A stretch of 62,123 nucleotides of DNA, filler included, from Sluysia triapertura (lineage: Eukaryota): NCBI GenBank assembly GCA_046118255.1. It is 5 parts of 5 records of this genome, joined end to end, with 100 filler letters (N's around TTAATTAATTAA, not from the genome) between each part and the next. Parts side by side here need not be neighbours in the genome. Positions count along the whole stretch, not along the records: positions 12,453 to 23,550 come from JBJNIA010188943.1; positions 23,651 to 38,195 come from JBJNIA010255409.1; 3 more parts are not named here. One strand, given 5' to 3'. The position numbers and the translations under genes were made by a program. The notes beneath the pieces are model-generated. The model was not told where the DNA came from. It made no database searches and worked only from the letters and a program-made list of their open reading frames with translations. This document shows positions 13,191-26,420 of the stretch, one piece after another; position 1 is the stretch's first letter, and every line of letters begins with the position of its first letter.

Positions 13191-14846
13191 ATATAAAGCA
13201 TAAAAGCAATAAGATTTGAACATTATTATTATTATTACTATTACTATAATAATTATTATTGGATTCCGTCTGTGACAATAAATATAATTAATTTTTTACG
13301 CAATATTATCAAGTTAAAAATGGAAAACATAAAGCATAGAAAATTGAATATAAACTTATATTTATTATACGAATAAAATATAAAAAAAGTAATGTAAAAT
13401 TTTGAGAATAGAAACAAATAGAAGCAAAGTAATATTTAGGTAATTATTGGAGTCATGAAAAGAAATAATGATTTAGGTTTGGGAAGTAGTCTTCATTAAT
13501 CAACATAATTATACGTAATTATATAAATTTATACATTGATATAATCAATACAATAATATATTTTATTACATTATTATATAATTAAAACATAGATTGACAT
13601 TTATTAGAAATGTAAGAAGCAATTTAACAATTATGAAAGTTTTCCTTATTATAGCAAAACAATTACTTTTAATTACATGTTACAATTTATACACTTCTTT
13701 AAATACTAATTGTTTATGAATTATACTTAAAAAAGATACATGGTTTAAAAATTCGATTTAAATTATTTTTTATAAATTTATAAAAATTCTTATAATAATC
13801 TGTTTTAATTATGCATAAGTTTACATAATTTAAAAATTAGAAATTATTCCAAAAAAACTCCAAATGATGCCAATTATTAAAAAAAATTTTAACTACAAAC
13901 TATTTACCAAAAAAACCTTCTACCACTTTATTACAATTTGAAAGGTGTATATATTCAATATTTATCGATGAAATTATCGATATTTACCTCTGCTCACATC
14001 AACAAAATTTTTCGCGACTACATTTTAACATTTTACATCAATAAAGTTCTTTTTAGGATTCACAAGGATTTCAGTCTTCTTAGGCAATTTTAATTTGCAT
14101 CAATGAAATTTTCAATTTTAATAAAACCCGCTAGGTTTAACTTCCTTCCTTCCAAATGTAGTGGTCAACACTCACAACTTAAAATTTTTCAAAACATAGC
14201 AATCAATATCCATAATTTAAATTTCATTAAAACATAATTTCTTAAGCAATCACTCTTCATACTATTGAACTACACCAACTCAATCATCATAAACAACACT
14301 CGACATTTATAACACCTCATCAACTCATATATATCAACAATACGGCTAACACTTTCAACCATCCACTTCACAACATACTCCGTTAATTCATCTCAAATAA
14401 TCCACAACATTCACTCAAAAGCTATTTCATCAAACAAACCACAACCATAATATACAATACACAAATCAATGTTTTTTAGAAATATAATCCGGCAATGATT
14501 GTTCATTTATATTATTAATAAAACTTGATGTTTGATATAAAATTTCAGAGAATAACGGTTTTAAGTAGAAAATAGATAATTTCTTTGTTACGCAGGTATA
14601 TTTAGTCTTTTGTTTTTAATTAATATCTTCATAAGTTTATAAATATTATAAGTTTTGTTTATAATTAATATCTTTATTGGTTACATATTCTTGCACTTGT
14701 AAAACACATAAAAGTAAAAATAAATGTTTAATTAAACAATATTTTCTTAATTTTCCATTAATTTTTGTAATTAGATGTAAAATGTATTCAAAATTTATTT
14801 AATTATTCGACTGTATATTAATAAAAATGTTTATTATTATATTTAG

Positions 14847-15056
14847 ACCACAGATCGTAAGTTATACAAAAATTGTGGCATAGAAACTCACTCTGATAAT
14901 AGTATAACATATGAAACTCGATATAAAAAGACATTTTTACATTCATGTTCAAAAAATAAACCTAATCAAGAATTTCAATTCATTGTTACCAGATATCCAT
15001 GGATAAATACAAATCCGGGTTTTGTTGAAAATATTCCTGTATATTTTATTCGTTAG
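14847..15056 (+). CDS. Putative terminal exon with weak ricin-B-lectin-like motif
   Basis: Acceptor atttag, then a 70-codon open frame TTDRKLYKNCG...FLHSCSKNKPNQEFQF...* resembling LxxC...NQxW/FxF. Upstream exons not found. Confidence 0.3.
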   Translation, partial: TTDRKLYKNCGIETHSDNSITYETRYKKTFLHSCSKNKPNQEFQFIVTRYPWINTNPGFVENIPVYFIR

Positions 15057-16668
15057 AATTATATTTAAATATTATTTTGTTTAAAAAAAGAAAATCGACA
15101 TAATTTTCAAAAAAGGAAATAAAAAATAAAAAGAAAATCATTAACATTAATATTTTCTAAAGAAAAATAAACATACCTTATTTGATAAAAATTCAGAATA
15201 ATTTGAATGAAGTTTAATATTTATCACTGATAAGGTTTTTGTATGACTAATAATTAATCACTGTGCAAGAAGTGAATTATAAATTAAGGAATTTAATAAT
15301 TAATGAAGACATTGTTGGCAGACCGACCGGAATTGGTAATCAATATGAATATAAATAATTGTTAATTACAATATATTTATTGAATTTTTTTACCAATAAT
15401 AATAATAATAATCATAATCATAATTATAATGTAATTTACATGTACTTACTAAACAATAATAACATTAAATTAAATGAATGTAAAGTAATGGGAAGATAAT
15501 AATAATTTAAAATTTATAATCTATTATGTAGTAATGGATTATGTAGTAAAAATTAACCATTTAAATATAAATGGCCACAGAAAAAATTAACTTTAGATAA
15601 ATTATTATATAAGAAGCTATTGGTAAAAGTTTAATACAAGAAATAAAGGATAAATAAATAAATATACTGTTTAGTATACAATAAAAATTTCATTTATGGA
15701 AAACGCTTATTAATAGCGTCGAATAACCCTTTGTTAAATGGCCAAATACGTATATGTACATTCGGTTTGGATATATTTAATCTTGGAACAATTCGATTTG
15801 ATTTATTCGGTTCGAATTATTTAATTTATTATTTGACAATATGGTAATTATTTTGTATAATATCCTAAAGAGAAGTTATAAAATTATAACCTAATAAAAA
15901 CCATTTTTAAATATTCAAAATTTTGCTAATCAAACGTGGTTTTTCTTTATTGAAGTATATAATTTATTCATTTAAGTTAATATTTTAGTTTTATTGAAGT
16001 AAATAAATTTTAATTAGCGAAGAGTCAGACTTAAAAGAAAGTTTAAACTTTGAATTTAAGATTCCAATAAAACTCACTCTGACTTGTAGATAAAATTGAT
16101 TTATAAAGTAAATGAAAGTAAAAAAGAACAAAAAGTTAATATTTTGGGATGAGAATTAATTTTAAATAAAATAATTTAGCAAATTTATGAAAAATTATTA
16201 AAGAAAGTAATAGTTGACAAAAGTTGATAACTAGTCAAGTATATAGTTCACTCGAGTTTTATTACATGAAGAAAATTATCGAAACTTATCGTAGTTTCTC
16301 ACATTGTGTATTTTATGGTAGAAAAGGGTGTCATAAAGAATATCAAAAGTAAACAAAACCCAATATCAATACCTAAAAGCCTAAACATGTCACAATAAGT
16401 AAAAAACAAATTGATTTAAGAATTATAACTAATTCAGTTAACTTGGCACTGAATGAACAAATAAAAATGTTCTTCAAAGGTAGAATTGTAAATTTCTCTG
16501 AATTAATGTTTATTGCCTCGAAATATTTCAAAGAACAACTGAAAAATTTCTATTTTAGAGATATGGAATAAGTGGAAGAAAAAATATTTTTCCAAACATA
16601 TTTAAAACTTTCTATATTTCTTTGTTAGTTATTTTATAATACCAGTTTTGTTTACGGAACATTACTTT

Positions 16669-17105
16669 TGTTAGATTGTTTAAAATCATTTAAAAATATT
16701 AATTCGTTTCCAAAAATAGAATAAAAGTTTCTATAGTGTTGTAGAACATTCTAGAACATTCCATCGATTCCCATTGGCTGATGACTAGTATATAAACTAG
16801 AATCAGTTTAATTATAGCCGCCATTTTAATTTTAACATAGTTTTGGTATCCATTTAATCCGCCTTTTTGGTTTGCTGTTCTTGTGGTTAATTAGTTTTGT
16901 TAACAATCCGTTATCGTCTCGTTGAAATTTGATCCAGAGAAGCTGCTATCCCCAGTCAAGATTATTCAGAATAATATTCCATGCAATTCATAAGATATTT
17001 TCATTTAAGTACTTATTAATTTTTCTGAAAATTAATATATTAAAATATACTTAAAATCATTTTTCAAAATACATATTTAGTTCCCCGATATAATGGGAGG
17101 AAACA
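16669..17105 (+). mobile_element. HSE-bearing LTR-like repeat, copy 2 (437 bp)
   Basis: TGTTAGATT ... ccccgatataatgggaggAAACA; same length and terminal motifs as 54582-55018. Confidence 0.6.
16743..16796 (+). promoter_or_regulatory. Heat-shock element, reverse CCAAT and TATA
   Basis: GAAcaTTCtaGAAcaTTC (16744-16761), ATTGG at 16773, TATATAAA at 16789. Confidence 0.7.
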
Positions 17106-18355
17106 TCTATTCAAAATTACGTTTATTCAGCAAAATAATTAAAGACCTACGCCGTTTTAATTATAAATTTGTGTCACTCTTTCTGTCTTCTGCTTTTAGT
17201 ATTATAATATAATAGAACATTTCGTAAAAGTATTAAATATCTTCTATTTTAATAGAAGCATTTGCGAGATTTTTTTGTTTCGTTGAAAATAATTGTAAAA
17301 AATGATAGAAAGAATAATTAAATTCAAACCCTTAGATAAGGAAAATAGCATAATTTTGTACATCAGCACAAAAGTATAACTAGTATTACATCAAAGGCAC
17401 ATTGATAATTATTAACTTAAAGTTACAAGAACTCCCACTACATGTTGTAAGTCGTTTACTCTAACTAAAAAATATTTTGCCGTAGGTCAAGTGATAGAAA
17501 ACCACAGCAACTTTATTTTGAATTTTTTTCTTCGCAGAATAAGACCAGGAAAAGATAAACAGAAATAAATAATATATAATTCATCGATAAAATAATAACA
17601 TAATAAAAAAAATTAATTATTTAATTACTATTTAATATTTTATTCAGTTTTGAATTTAGATTTGGTCTATTGAGCTTGGCTCGTTTTTTACTAATACCAC
17701 AAAACTCGTATGAGTTAAGTATTATGTTTGTTTCTTGATCTATCCATGCAGAATTTATTAAAATCTTAAGCGATTATAAAAAGAAAGTCATTCCTATTAT
17801 ATTATATAATTATTGTATGATCTTAATTACGAAAAATATCACCGAACATATAAGTTAATCAAAAAATTAAAAACATTAAACAAATTTAACGACAAAGTAA
17901 ATAAATATTTTCTATTTATATAAAATATAGATCTATAATTTCTGAAACTGAAAAAATGATTTATTGGAAATGAAAATAGACAAATAAATGTCTTAGTGAC
18001 TGAAATTAATTATGATGAAATTAAATAGGAGATAAGTTAATAAATCAAGACATATAGTACGATAACTGGGGAAATGAGTCTTATCAAGGAAATATGGAAC
18101 CTTAAAACTGTCATTAAGACGAATACATTTCGTCGATTAACTTAATTTGTACTGGATTACTATTTTAAAAGTTTTAGATGAAAACTAAAATACCAAAGGG
18201 TTTAAACTAAATTAAAGATTATTAAAATATTATAGAACGGTTAAAAGTTTGACAATTTTAATTATTATTGAGCTAATTTTAAAAGAAAATTTGTTTATTC
18301 ATCTTTAATTATGAATTTATTCATATTGTTATGAATTTATTCATCTTGTTATGAA

Positions 18356-18360
<5 letters not shown>

Positions 18361-18418
<58 letters not shown>
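18361..18418. repeat. (ATT)n microsatellite
   Basis: Perfect ATT run. Confidence 0.95.
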
Positions 18419-18419
<1 letters not shown>

Positions 18420-19437
18420 ATTTATTATTTTTATAAAATTTGTCATCTTTATTATTCTACTTTTTTTCCGTACCAATACTTTTTAGCTTTTTTAAATGTG
18501 TCACATGTTTTAAAACTTAATTTAAAATATGACTTAATATTTGATTGAAGTTGTAAAGGCGTTACATTTCTAAATGTATTACTCAAATTCACTTCCTATT
18601 CTAAGAGTTAAAACTTGGAACTATCAAAAGTTGAAGTGAATAAATTTTTAAATGGTTCTAATAACGGTAAAGTATATTAACATTTTATAACTAAATAGGT
18701 GATTTTTATCACTTATTTACTTCTGGCTTTGATAAATTTGTGTTTCCTAAATGTCTGCAAAAAACCTTCTTGAAATTTGTGAAAAAATTAAAGCTTTTAA
18801 TGATTAAAATATTTTCTGAAACTGTTAAATCACATTCCATCCACTTTTAGACAGTTTTTTTTAGAAATATATTATGCATTGTGATAGTTTCAAGAATGCT
18901 AAAAACTTTTCTGAAAGAGAGTGATTCCTGGAAAATTAAAGTATTAAAAACAATGGATCGTAGGTAAGAAATAAAGACTTGGGATCATTTAATGATTTTG
19001 AAATCAAAAGCTACAACAAAGGTACGAAAATTTTACTTTATTTTTTAAAAACTGTTGAAATAATATTTTGAATGATTTACGTTTAAAAAATGTAATTTTT
19101 TTAAATAAAAAGTACTGAAACTTGATAAAACGTATTATCAAACGTTTTTGGGTTGGTTATAAAGGGCTATAAAGTTAAACTAAGATGTAAAGAGATAAAG
19201 GGGGTTATTAAGCATTATTTTGATGTTAAGTCGATAATTATTTTTAGTAAGCGCTTTAAGCGCCATTCTCTTACTTTTCAAAATTAAATTCAATCTCAAA
19301 CATACCGTATTTTATACAAATTTTTAATTCATACTATTAAATATCAATATATAACTCGTTACTTCTGTCACATGTATCACAGCTTTAGAACTTCTAAGTT
19401 TAGTAAGTACTATTAATACACACTGTGAATTTGTCCG

Positions 19438-19503
19438 TTAATTTGTAAATACACACAAACTATTGAATTAATTTGTAAATACACACAAACTATTGAATTA
19501 ATT
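19438..19503. repeat. 30-bp direct tandem duplication
   Basis: ttaatttgtaaatacacacaaactattgaa repeated twice. Confidence 0.85.
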
Positions 19504-21444
19504 TTAAATACATTTATGAAGAAAAAGAAAATATTATTGATTTTAAAATATTAATTTTTAATAATTTTAATAAAAATCATGAATTAATGGAAATTATTTT
19601 ATTTAATTAAGTAAATAATTATATTATTTTTAATTATAATAACAAATTATATTTTAATAACGTAAAAAATAATAAATTATAATAATAAATTTTAGAAATG
19701 TAAATAAAATGATAAATATTTATGTGTATTTCAATTTTGACCTTCAAGGTCATGTTTGTAATTTATAAAACAAAGGTTTTGTAAACTTTGCACACAAAAG
19801 AATTTATAATATTTTTAAAAATCTTTAATACGCCTTAGCAAATAAGGTTGAGTTCATCGACGAAAAAAATTCACTTGAAATTGTGAAGAATCTAGATCCT
19901 CTTTCACCTTGTTTATTACATCGTTAGTTTAATTCAGATAAGTTTTCCCAATATTTAATGTTGCATCTATAAAATATACGAAAAATCATTTTATAAAATT
20001 TTTTCCAGCTACTAAGTAAACTATTTTAAAAATAAAATTGAAAGATTATTATTATTATTAAAATAATCTGTTTAAAATTATTTATATATGATTTATATTC
20101 ATTTTATTTGTATAAATTTTTATTGAATTCTATTTAGAAGTAAGTTTCTTTATAAATAAAACTTTAGCACTTAAAGTGGTTATTAATGAAGATATAAATT
20201 AGAAGAAAAAGACAAGATATAATTAAAAGTCTAACCTTCCTAATTAGTTTAAGATTAGATATTTTTCGGTTTCTTATAAAACGAAACCCAATCAAAATCT
20301 TTACTAAAATCTTTTTAATTAATTTCTGGTTCGTTTTAAGAACCACAGTAAAATATTACCTTTTTAATGGTTTCATTTAAAACCGAAGTAAAATCCAATC
20401 TCTTTTAAACTGTTTAATTTTAAGAGAAAAGTGAGTCCATATACATAAATTCAGCAAGTAATTACTCCAATGACTAACCCTAACTGGTATGACCAAATAC
20501 CTTGGTAAACTCACTTTTACTTTTACTCTCGTGTAGCAAAGCGAAAGAAATTTCTAACAGTACTCAAAAACGCTTAATACAAAATCATTTATTATAAAAT
20601 AATTATTAGAAAGAGGAAGAAAAGCTTTTCAGCAAAATAATTCAAAAACGAAAGATCCTTATCCTTATCTTTAACATGTCTGAATTCACTGTAATTCTCT
20701 AAGTTATTTTAACCTTAATGATAATAACAATAACAATAATTATGATAATGATAATAATAATAAATATTAATTAAAATTTATAATTAAGCATTGTATCAAC
20801 TACCATCATCTTTATCATTATCATTTAGACTTCATTGTTGTCAACATGTAGCAACTCAGGTAATTAAGTCCCCATGTATTGAGTAGCTACCAATTCACAT
20901 TTCATTGGTTTAACCTTATTAAAATTATTTCGGCACAAAATATAAAAAGAGAAAACTTTCAAAATTTAATTACTTAATTTTTATTTTCTAAATGGCAACT
21001 TCGAGCTTGAGAGTTATAGTGTTTTTAACTGTGAGGATTCAAAACGTTCTTACACTCATATTGATCAAAGTATTTCAAAAATGCATCAAGTTCTGTTTAA
21101 CATAGTGCTGAAACATAACTATTTGGTGAAGAATGTCAAAATAAAGTGGAGACATGATTTCTGATTTTATAAAGAAAAGTACATATAGAACACATTATTG
21201 AATATTTATCAGAATTAGATTCCTCTCGAATTGAACTGGAATGCACTTACACAAATACAAATTTAAATAATATTCCAACTGAATATGAAAAAGGTGCTCA
21301 TGATCAATATAATGTTGCTGCACAGTCATTATCAACGTCATCTTCATTATTAAACAATTCTGAATAGAAACAACGGCTTCAAATGCAGCAACAAAGACGA
21401 TTAGATATTTATAGTACCGAGTCAATGGCTATTATTTAAATTAC

Positions 21445-22096
21445 TTAAATTATCTGGTCGTGTGAACAGGCATAACTATATATAGTGGGCTGATGAAAAT
21501 ACCCATTTGACCATAGAGACTAAACCAAACCAGCTTGGCATTACAGTTTAGGCTGTATTATCAAGCGAAGGTGTTGGACCCGATGTTTTAAATGGAACTG
21601 TAAATGGAGAGAACTACCTGGACATTTTTCGTGAAGTAGTAGTGCCACAACTCAAAACTAAACCTAACGTTGACGAACTTTTCTTTCAGCAGGATGGAGC
21701 ACCACCACATTATGCGTCTACGATAAGAGACTACCTTAACTGAGGTTCGGAAGAAGGGGCAACATCGAATGGTTATCACGTTCACCTGATCTGGCACCTA
21801 TGGATTTCTTTGTTTGGGGTGTTGTTAAGAACAATGTTTATGAGAAGAAACCCAGAATGATTTACTAGATTACTTCCGTCTCGCATTCACAGAAATTGAT
21901 GAAGATCGGATTTTGTGCTGCACTGTGTGCCAGAGTGTCCTGGAGAAATTTGAAGAATTTTGCAATGTTGAAGGAGGATATTTTGAGCATCTGAGAGATT
22001 AAATTGTTTATGTTTATGTTTATGTTAAAATGTATAACGAATGTCCCACCTTTCTCGTGTCGAATGTCCAAATAAATAGTCTACGTGATTACTGTA
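21445..22096 (+). mobile_element. Tc1/mariner transposase remnant (DD41D/rosa-like), 3' part
   Basis: KLSGRVNRHN, NGTVNGENYLD, FFQQDGAPPHY, GRRG.IEW.SRSPDLAPMDFFVWG, GGYFEHL; stops and frameshifts present. Confidence 0.85.
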
Positions 22097-22142
22097 AACC
22101 TATATAGTATATAGTATAGTAAACCTATATACTCTATATGCA

Positions 22143-23546
22143 CACTGTTTCAAAAGTATATACAAAACTATATACAAAAGTCTATACAAATAAATAAACA
22201 TGACTAAATTACTATTTATTTATAATTTCCATTTATAATTTCCATTTAACTACTACATTGCATATAACCAATAAATTCTGTTTTAAAACTATAGATACAT
22301 TATATAAAATTTTTATTTAGGAGACCATACTACGTATTATACAAAATTAGTATTTTATTGATGTTTCTGAATTTTTATGTCATCCAATTAATCAATGTAT
22401 TTACACTTTTTATATCAATCTTTTCCCAAGCATCCAATATTGCATTTTTTAACTCAGATATATTGTTATACTGTTTTTCTTGACCGTACACCTTACAAGA
22501 TAATTGAGACAATAAATTTTCTATTGGATTGAGGTCAGGTATCTTGATGGTTATTCTAACGCATTTAATCCATTTTTACTGAACTTATTAAGTGTAATTT
22601 TAGATAGATGACAAGAAGCGTTATCCTGCTGAAAGATGACATTGATATTTTCTGAAAGTTTGACATAAGGAACCACTGTATCGTTTATCAAATCATAGTA
22701 CTTATCACTATTGATGGTGAAACTAGCTTTTTATCATAAATCATGGCACCCCATACCATAATTCATCTTCCGCCACAAATTCTTTTAGAAAATATTGCTT
22801 TTGAATCCATTAGATAATGCCAATAGTATTTATAATCATCCAAATTAAATTTATTGTCATCTGAGAATATTATCTTGGTCTAATCAGTGTAGTTATTAAT
22901 ATGATTTTCGGCAAAGTTAATTCTTGCTATTTTATGATCATAGTAAATTGAGGTTTAGCAAGTATTTTAATGAATTCGACCTCACCATTATTTTTTAATA
23001 TTCTCTTTAATGTTGATTTACTGCATTGTAGGTCTACATCTGACATAATGCGAGTTGTATACAATATTGTATTTTTCACATACCTTATTAAACTTCCTTC
23101 TGCCGATTAGAAAGTGCCTTAGGACGGTTTATTTGTTTCCATTGCCTTTTATAACTATTATCCAAATAATTGGATAGCGCTTGTCTTGATCTGTTTAACG
23201 TTTTGGCAATACTTGCATTATTTTCCCTTTTTTTGGAATATGCATCATTCTTTCCTTTTTCCTATTCACTATCTTTAAATCCACGCGCAATTATACGGTA
23301 ACTATTAAAACAATATAAATATAATGGAGGGACGTTCTAATAAAATATAATGATATACTTACAAAAAATGTCCTCTAATGTTGAAACGAAATTTATTTAA
23401 CTAAATGCAATATAGTAATTAAAAGTGTACTAAAATTGGAAACTAAAAATAAGCAATAGTTTATTCGTGTTTTAATTATTAAATAATATTGTTAATGTGT
23501 TATAATATAGCAAAAATATGGGGTGTCCTCTACTTTTGAAACAGGG
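22143..23546 (-). mobile_element. Near full-length decayed Tc3/Tc1-like (DD34E) transposon with TIRs
   Basis: Minus strand: HTH region, IIFSDDNKFNLD..YKYYWH, MVWGA, FQQDNASCH, PDLNPIEN. TIRs c[a/c]ctgtttcaaaagta at 22143 and 23531-23546; TA follows the right end. Confidence 0.88.
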
Positions 23547-23550
23547 TACA

Positions 23551-23650
23551 NNNNNNNNNNNNNNNNNNNNNNNNNNNNNNNNNNNNNNNNNNNNTTAATT
23601 AATTAANNNNNNNNNNNNNNNNNNNNNNNNNNNNNNNNNNNNNNNNNNNN
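23551..23650. other. Artificial contig linker
   Basis: 44N-TTAATTAATTAA-44N. Confidence 0.97.
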
Positions 23651-23804
23651 ATATGTATATACTCCAATGTATTTCTCCCTGATAAAATATAATGAAATTT
23701 TAAATTGATTTAAACTCAGTCGAATGCTTGAGTGAATGTGTATACATTTTAAGTAGGAGTTTGACACAAATATATTTATGCGAAACTTTATTAAAAATAG
23801 TCAT

Positions 23805-24110
23805 ACTTATTCATGGATGTCGAAAAATTCTGTTGTTACTTCCAGTAAATGTTTTGTCTGAGCAGTCAATCCAATAATTATAAATTCATTCCCTTTAGTT
23901 AATAATGGAAACTTTCGTTGATCACACGACGAACAAATCTGAAATAACGTTTTAGCACTTGTGTCCGTTGAAAAATATTGAGACTATTTATATGTTTAAC
24001 TTGTTTTTCAAATTCTACCGATATTATTAAATAATTGGTAAATAATTGATTTATGTATTGACATCCTTGAATAAATAATAAATAATAATTCAAACTTCCT
24101 TCGAATATTG
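23805..24110 (-). pseudogene. Possible RhoGEF (DH domain) pseudogene fragment
   Basis: FEGSLNYYLLFIQGCQYINQLF...EFEKQVKHINSL, then after a frameshift DQRKFPLLTK, resembling the DH C-terminal Y..Y...F..FVK...QR.KYPLLL. Confidence 0.35.
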
Positions 24111-24600
24111 TAAATAAAACAATTCAAATTTCCTGTTCATTAATTTACAAATTAACAAATAAATTGTAATAATTAGTTTATTGACGTTTTAAAATTAATA
24201 TTTACATAAATTAAATAAATTTATCAAAATATTTATAATATTTAAAATTAGATTTACCGAAATATTTACATAGATTGACAGATTATAATTTATAATAGTT
24301 TCATAATGTATCGAAATTAATTATAATTTAATTAAAATTAATTATAATTTTACAATCTAATTAATAATATTTACAATTAAAACTAATAATATTTTACAAT
24401 CTACTTTTGATTTATAATATTTACAATACTTTCAAATTAGGGAACATTCGTCTCGAATCCAAAAATAATAATAAAATAGGAATAAAATACCAAAAAATAT
24501 ACTAAATTATCAAATATACAACATAATGTTAAAAAATGTTATGGTAAGTGTCCATCATAAAATATAATATCATGTATATAAAAAAAATGTTAAGTGTCCT

Positions 24601-26420
24601 AGTCTACGTCGCTATCATTATCCCATGATGATGGATATGGACAAGGTGGACAGGTAATGGATTGATATGGACCTTTCTTCCAGGGCTGAAAAGTTGAATT
24701 TGTCCCAAATGGAATGTGAGTCGGACTAGGAGATGGTAGATTTAGTCTTGCAGGCGTTGGTGTCATGTAGACGACGTTGTCTGAGTGCTGATGGTGATGT
24801 ACTGCTTGAGGTCGCTCATTTTAGGTAGCGTTGTTGATGGTGTCGTACTTGGTGCCACGAAAACATTATAAGATTTAGTAGAGAGAGAAGTAGTGAGTTC
24901 AGAAAAAAGTGAAGGAGGGGGAGCAGAGCACATAAGGATGAAAGATAAATCCTTCTCATGGATTAAATCCAACAAAGAAACCAACTCAAAAGCCATGCGT
25001 GAGCAAGTCATGCGGGTCGGCACGGGGCACAAAAGCCGAAAGGTCAGCCGTCCTTGCAATATCGCATCAGAGATGCGATAGGACAAAGTATTGATAACTC
25101 CATTGAGCCAACCAAAAGGTAGATCGAGGTCCTTAACAATGAGGCATGGATACAATAATACTAAGATTTTATCGTGTATATGTCCTAGCAGAAAGGAGGG
25201 GCATCATCGATATCCTTAGCCTCTGAAATGTCAGAGTCCTTAATAACCTGGATGTGTCGAACAAAGTTTTTAATATGTAGTCTGGGTTTGATATTAATAT
25301 CAGTATGATATTGTTTTGAATAAGGGGTACATGATAAATGCGTGATGTGGGGGCAATCTAAAAAATCAAAAGCGTAGAAATACGCAATGAAAATCAAACG
25401 GTCCTCTTCGTAAGCCTTATTGGGAAACGTGCATGAAAGAGGTTCCATTCTGCCAACGAGCCAAGTTGATAGTATCATCCCCATAAAGGTTGGGTAGAAA
25501 TGACTGAAAAGTAGATGGTGGAAGGGGAAAAAGCAACGGTATTGATGTACAATACTCAGTCGCTTCAACCACAATATTAATCTTCTTATGAATATTAGTT
25601 ACGTTTAAGGAGGAAAAACTGTGGACTCTTGTTAAAAAGGTGTTCTACTATCCGTCAAGGTAATCTTCACAATAACCCTAGCTACTACCAGATACAAAAA
25701 GTCTATAGATGGAGATACTTGCGAAAGTTCGTCCAACAAAATAAAAGATAATTCGGGTTTCAATGAAAATATGTGTGTAGCTAAATTTCTATCCAATTCA
25801 GATTTAAGGTTGTTAGGAGTGGAATCCGAATTATTAATGTTTTCGTGACAATATTTATCGATATTGACGTAAAAGCTTTTGGATTTGGAAATGACTACAA
25901 AAAGGAAATGAAAATAAAACTATACATAAAAAATTGAATAAGTATGCTTTTATTATTATTATTTTAGGTAATTCTTACATAATAATTAAAAAATAATAAT
26001 TTAGAAAAACTCAGTATTTTTTTCAGAAAATGGTTTATAGGTTTCAGAGGTTTGGATAAATTTGCCTCCTTTTCTTTGTAAAAATGTTTTAATTGACGCG
26101 TCTTTGTGACTTACCCGTTCTTAGTAAGACTCCTTCTCTTTACGATCGCCGCCGGTTGATAAATATCAATACTGAGTTCTTCAGAAGCATCCGTTATATA
26201 TTTAACGTTAAATGCGAATGATCTTCGGAAGGAGCGTTTATAGTAAATGGCACATTCAATAATGGTTGCTCTGCATAATGGAAAAAGTGAAGGAGAGGAT
26301 TTGAAAAGGTTATACGAACAGAAAAAGTGAAATCGATGAAAGCAAGGGGAAGTCTTAACGAAGTATTTCCTAAGAGAACGAAGGCAGATGCACATGTAGA
26401 ATACAACATTGTTGTGTGTT
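24601..26420 (-). pseudogene. GC-elevated orphan coding-like region, apparently spliced and frameshifted
   Basis: Chain of minus ORFs (26111-26395, about 25630-25895 after acceptor tttgtag, 25185-25574, 24763-25155, Pro/Ser/Thr-rich tail ending SSWDNDSDVD*). No family recognised. Confidence 0.4.

Noticed and set aside
19735-19900. tgaccttcaaggtca palindrome suggesting a Helentron/DINE-like element
   Set aside because: Termini could not be defined; evidence too weak
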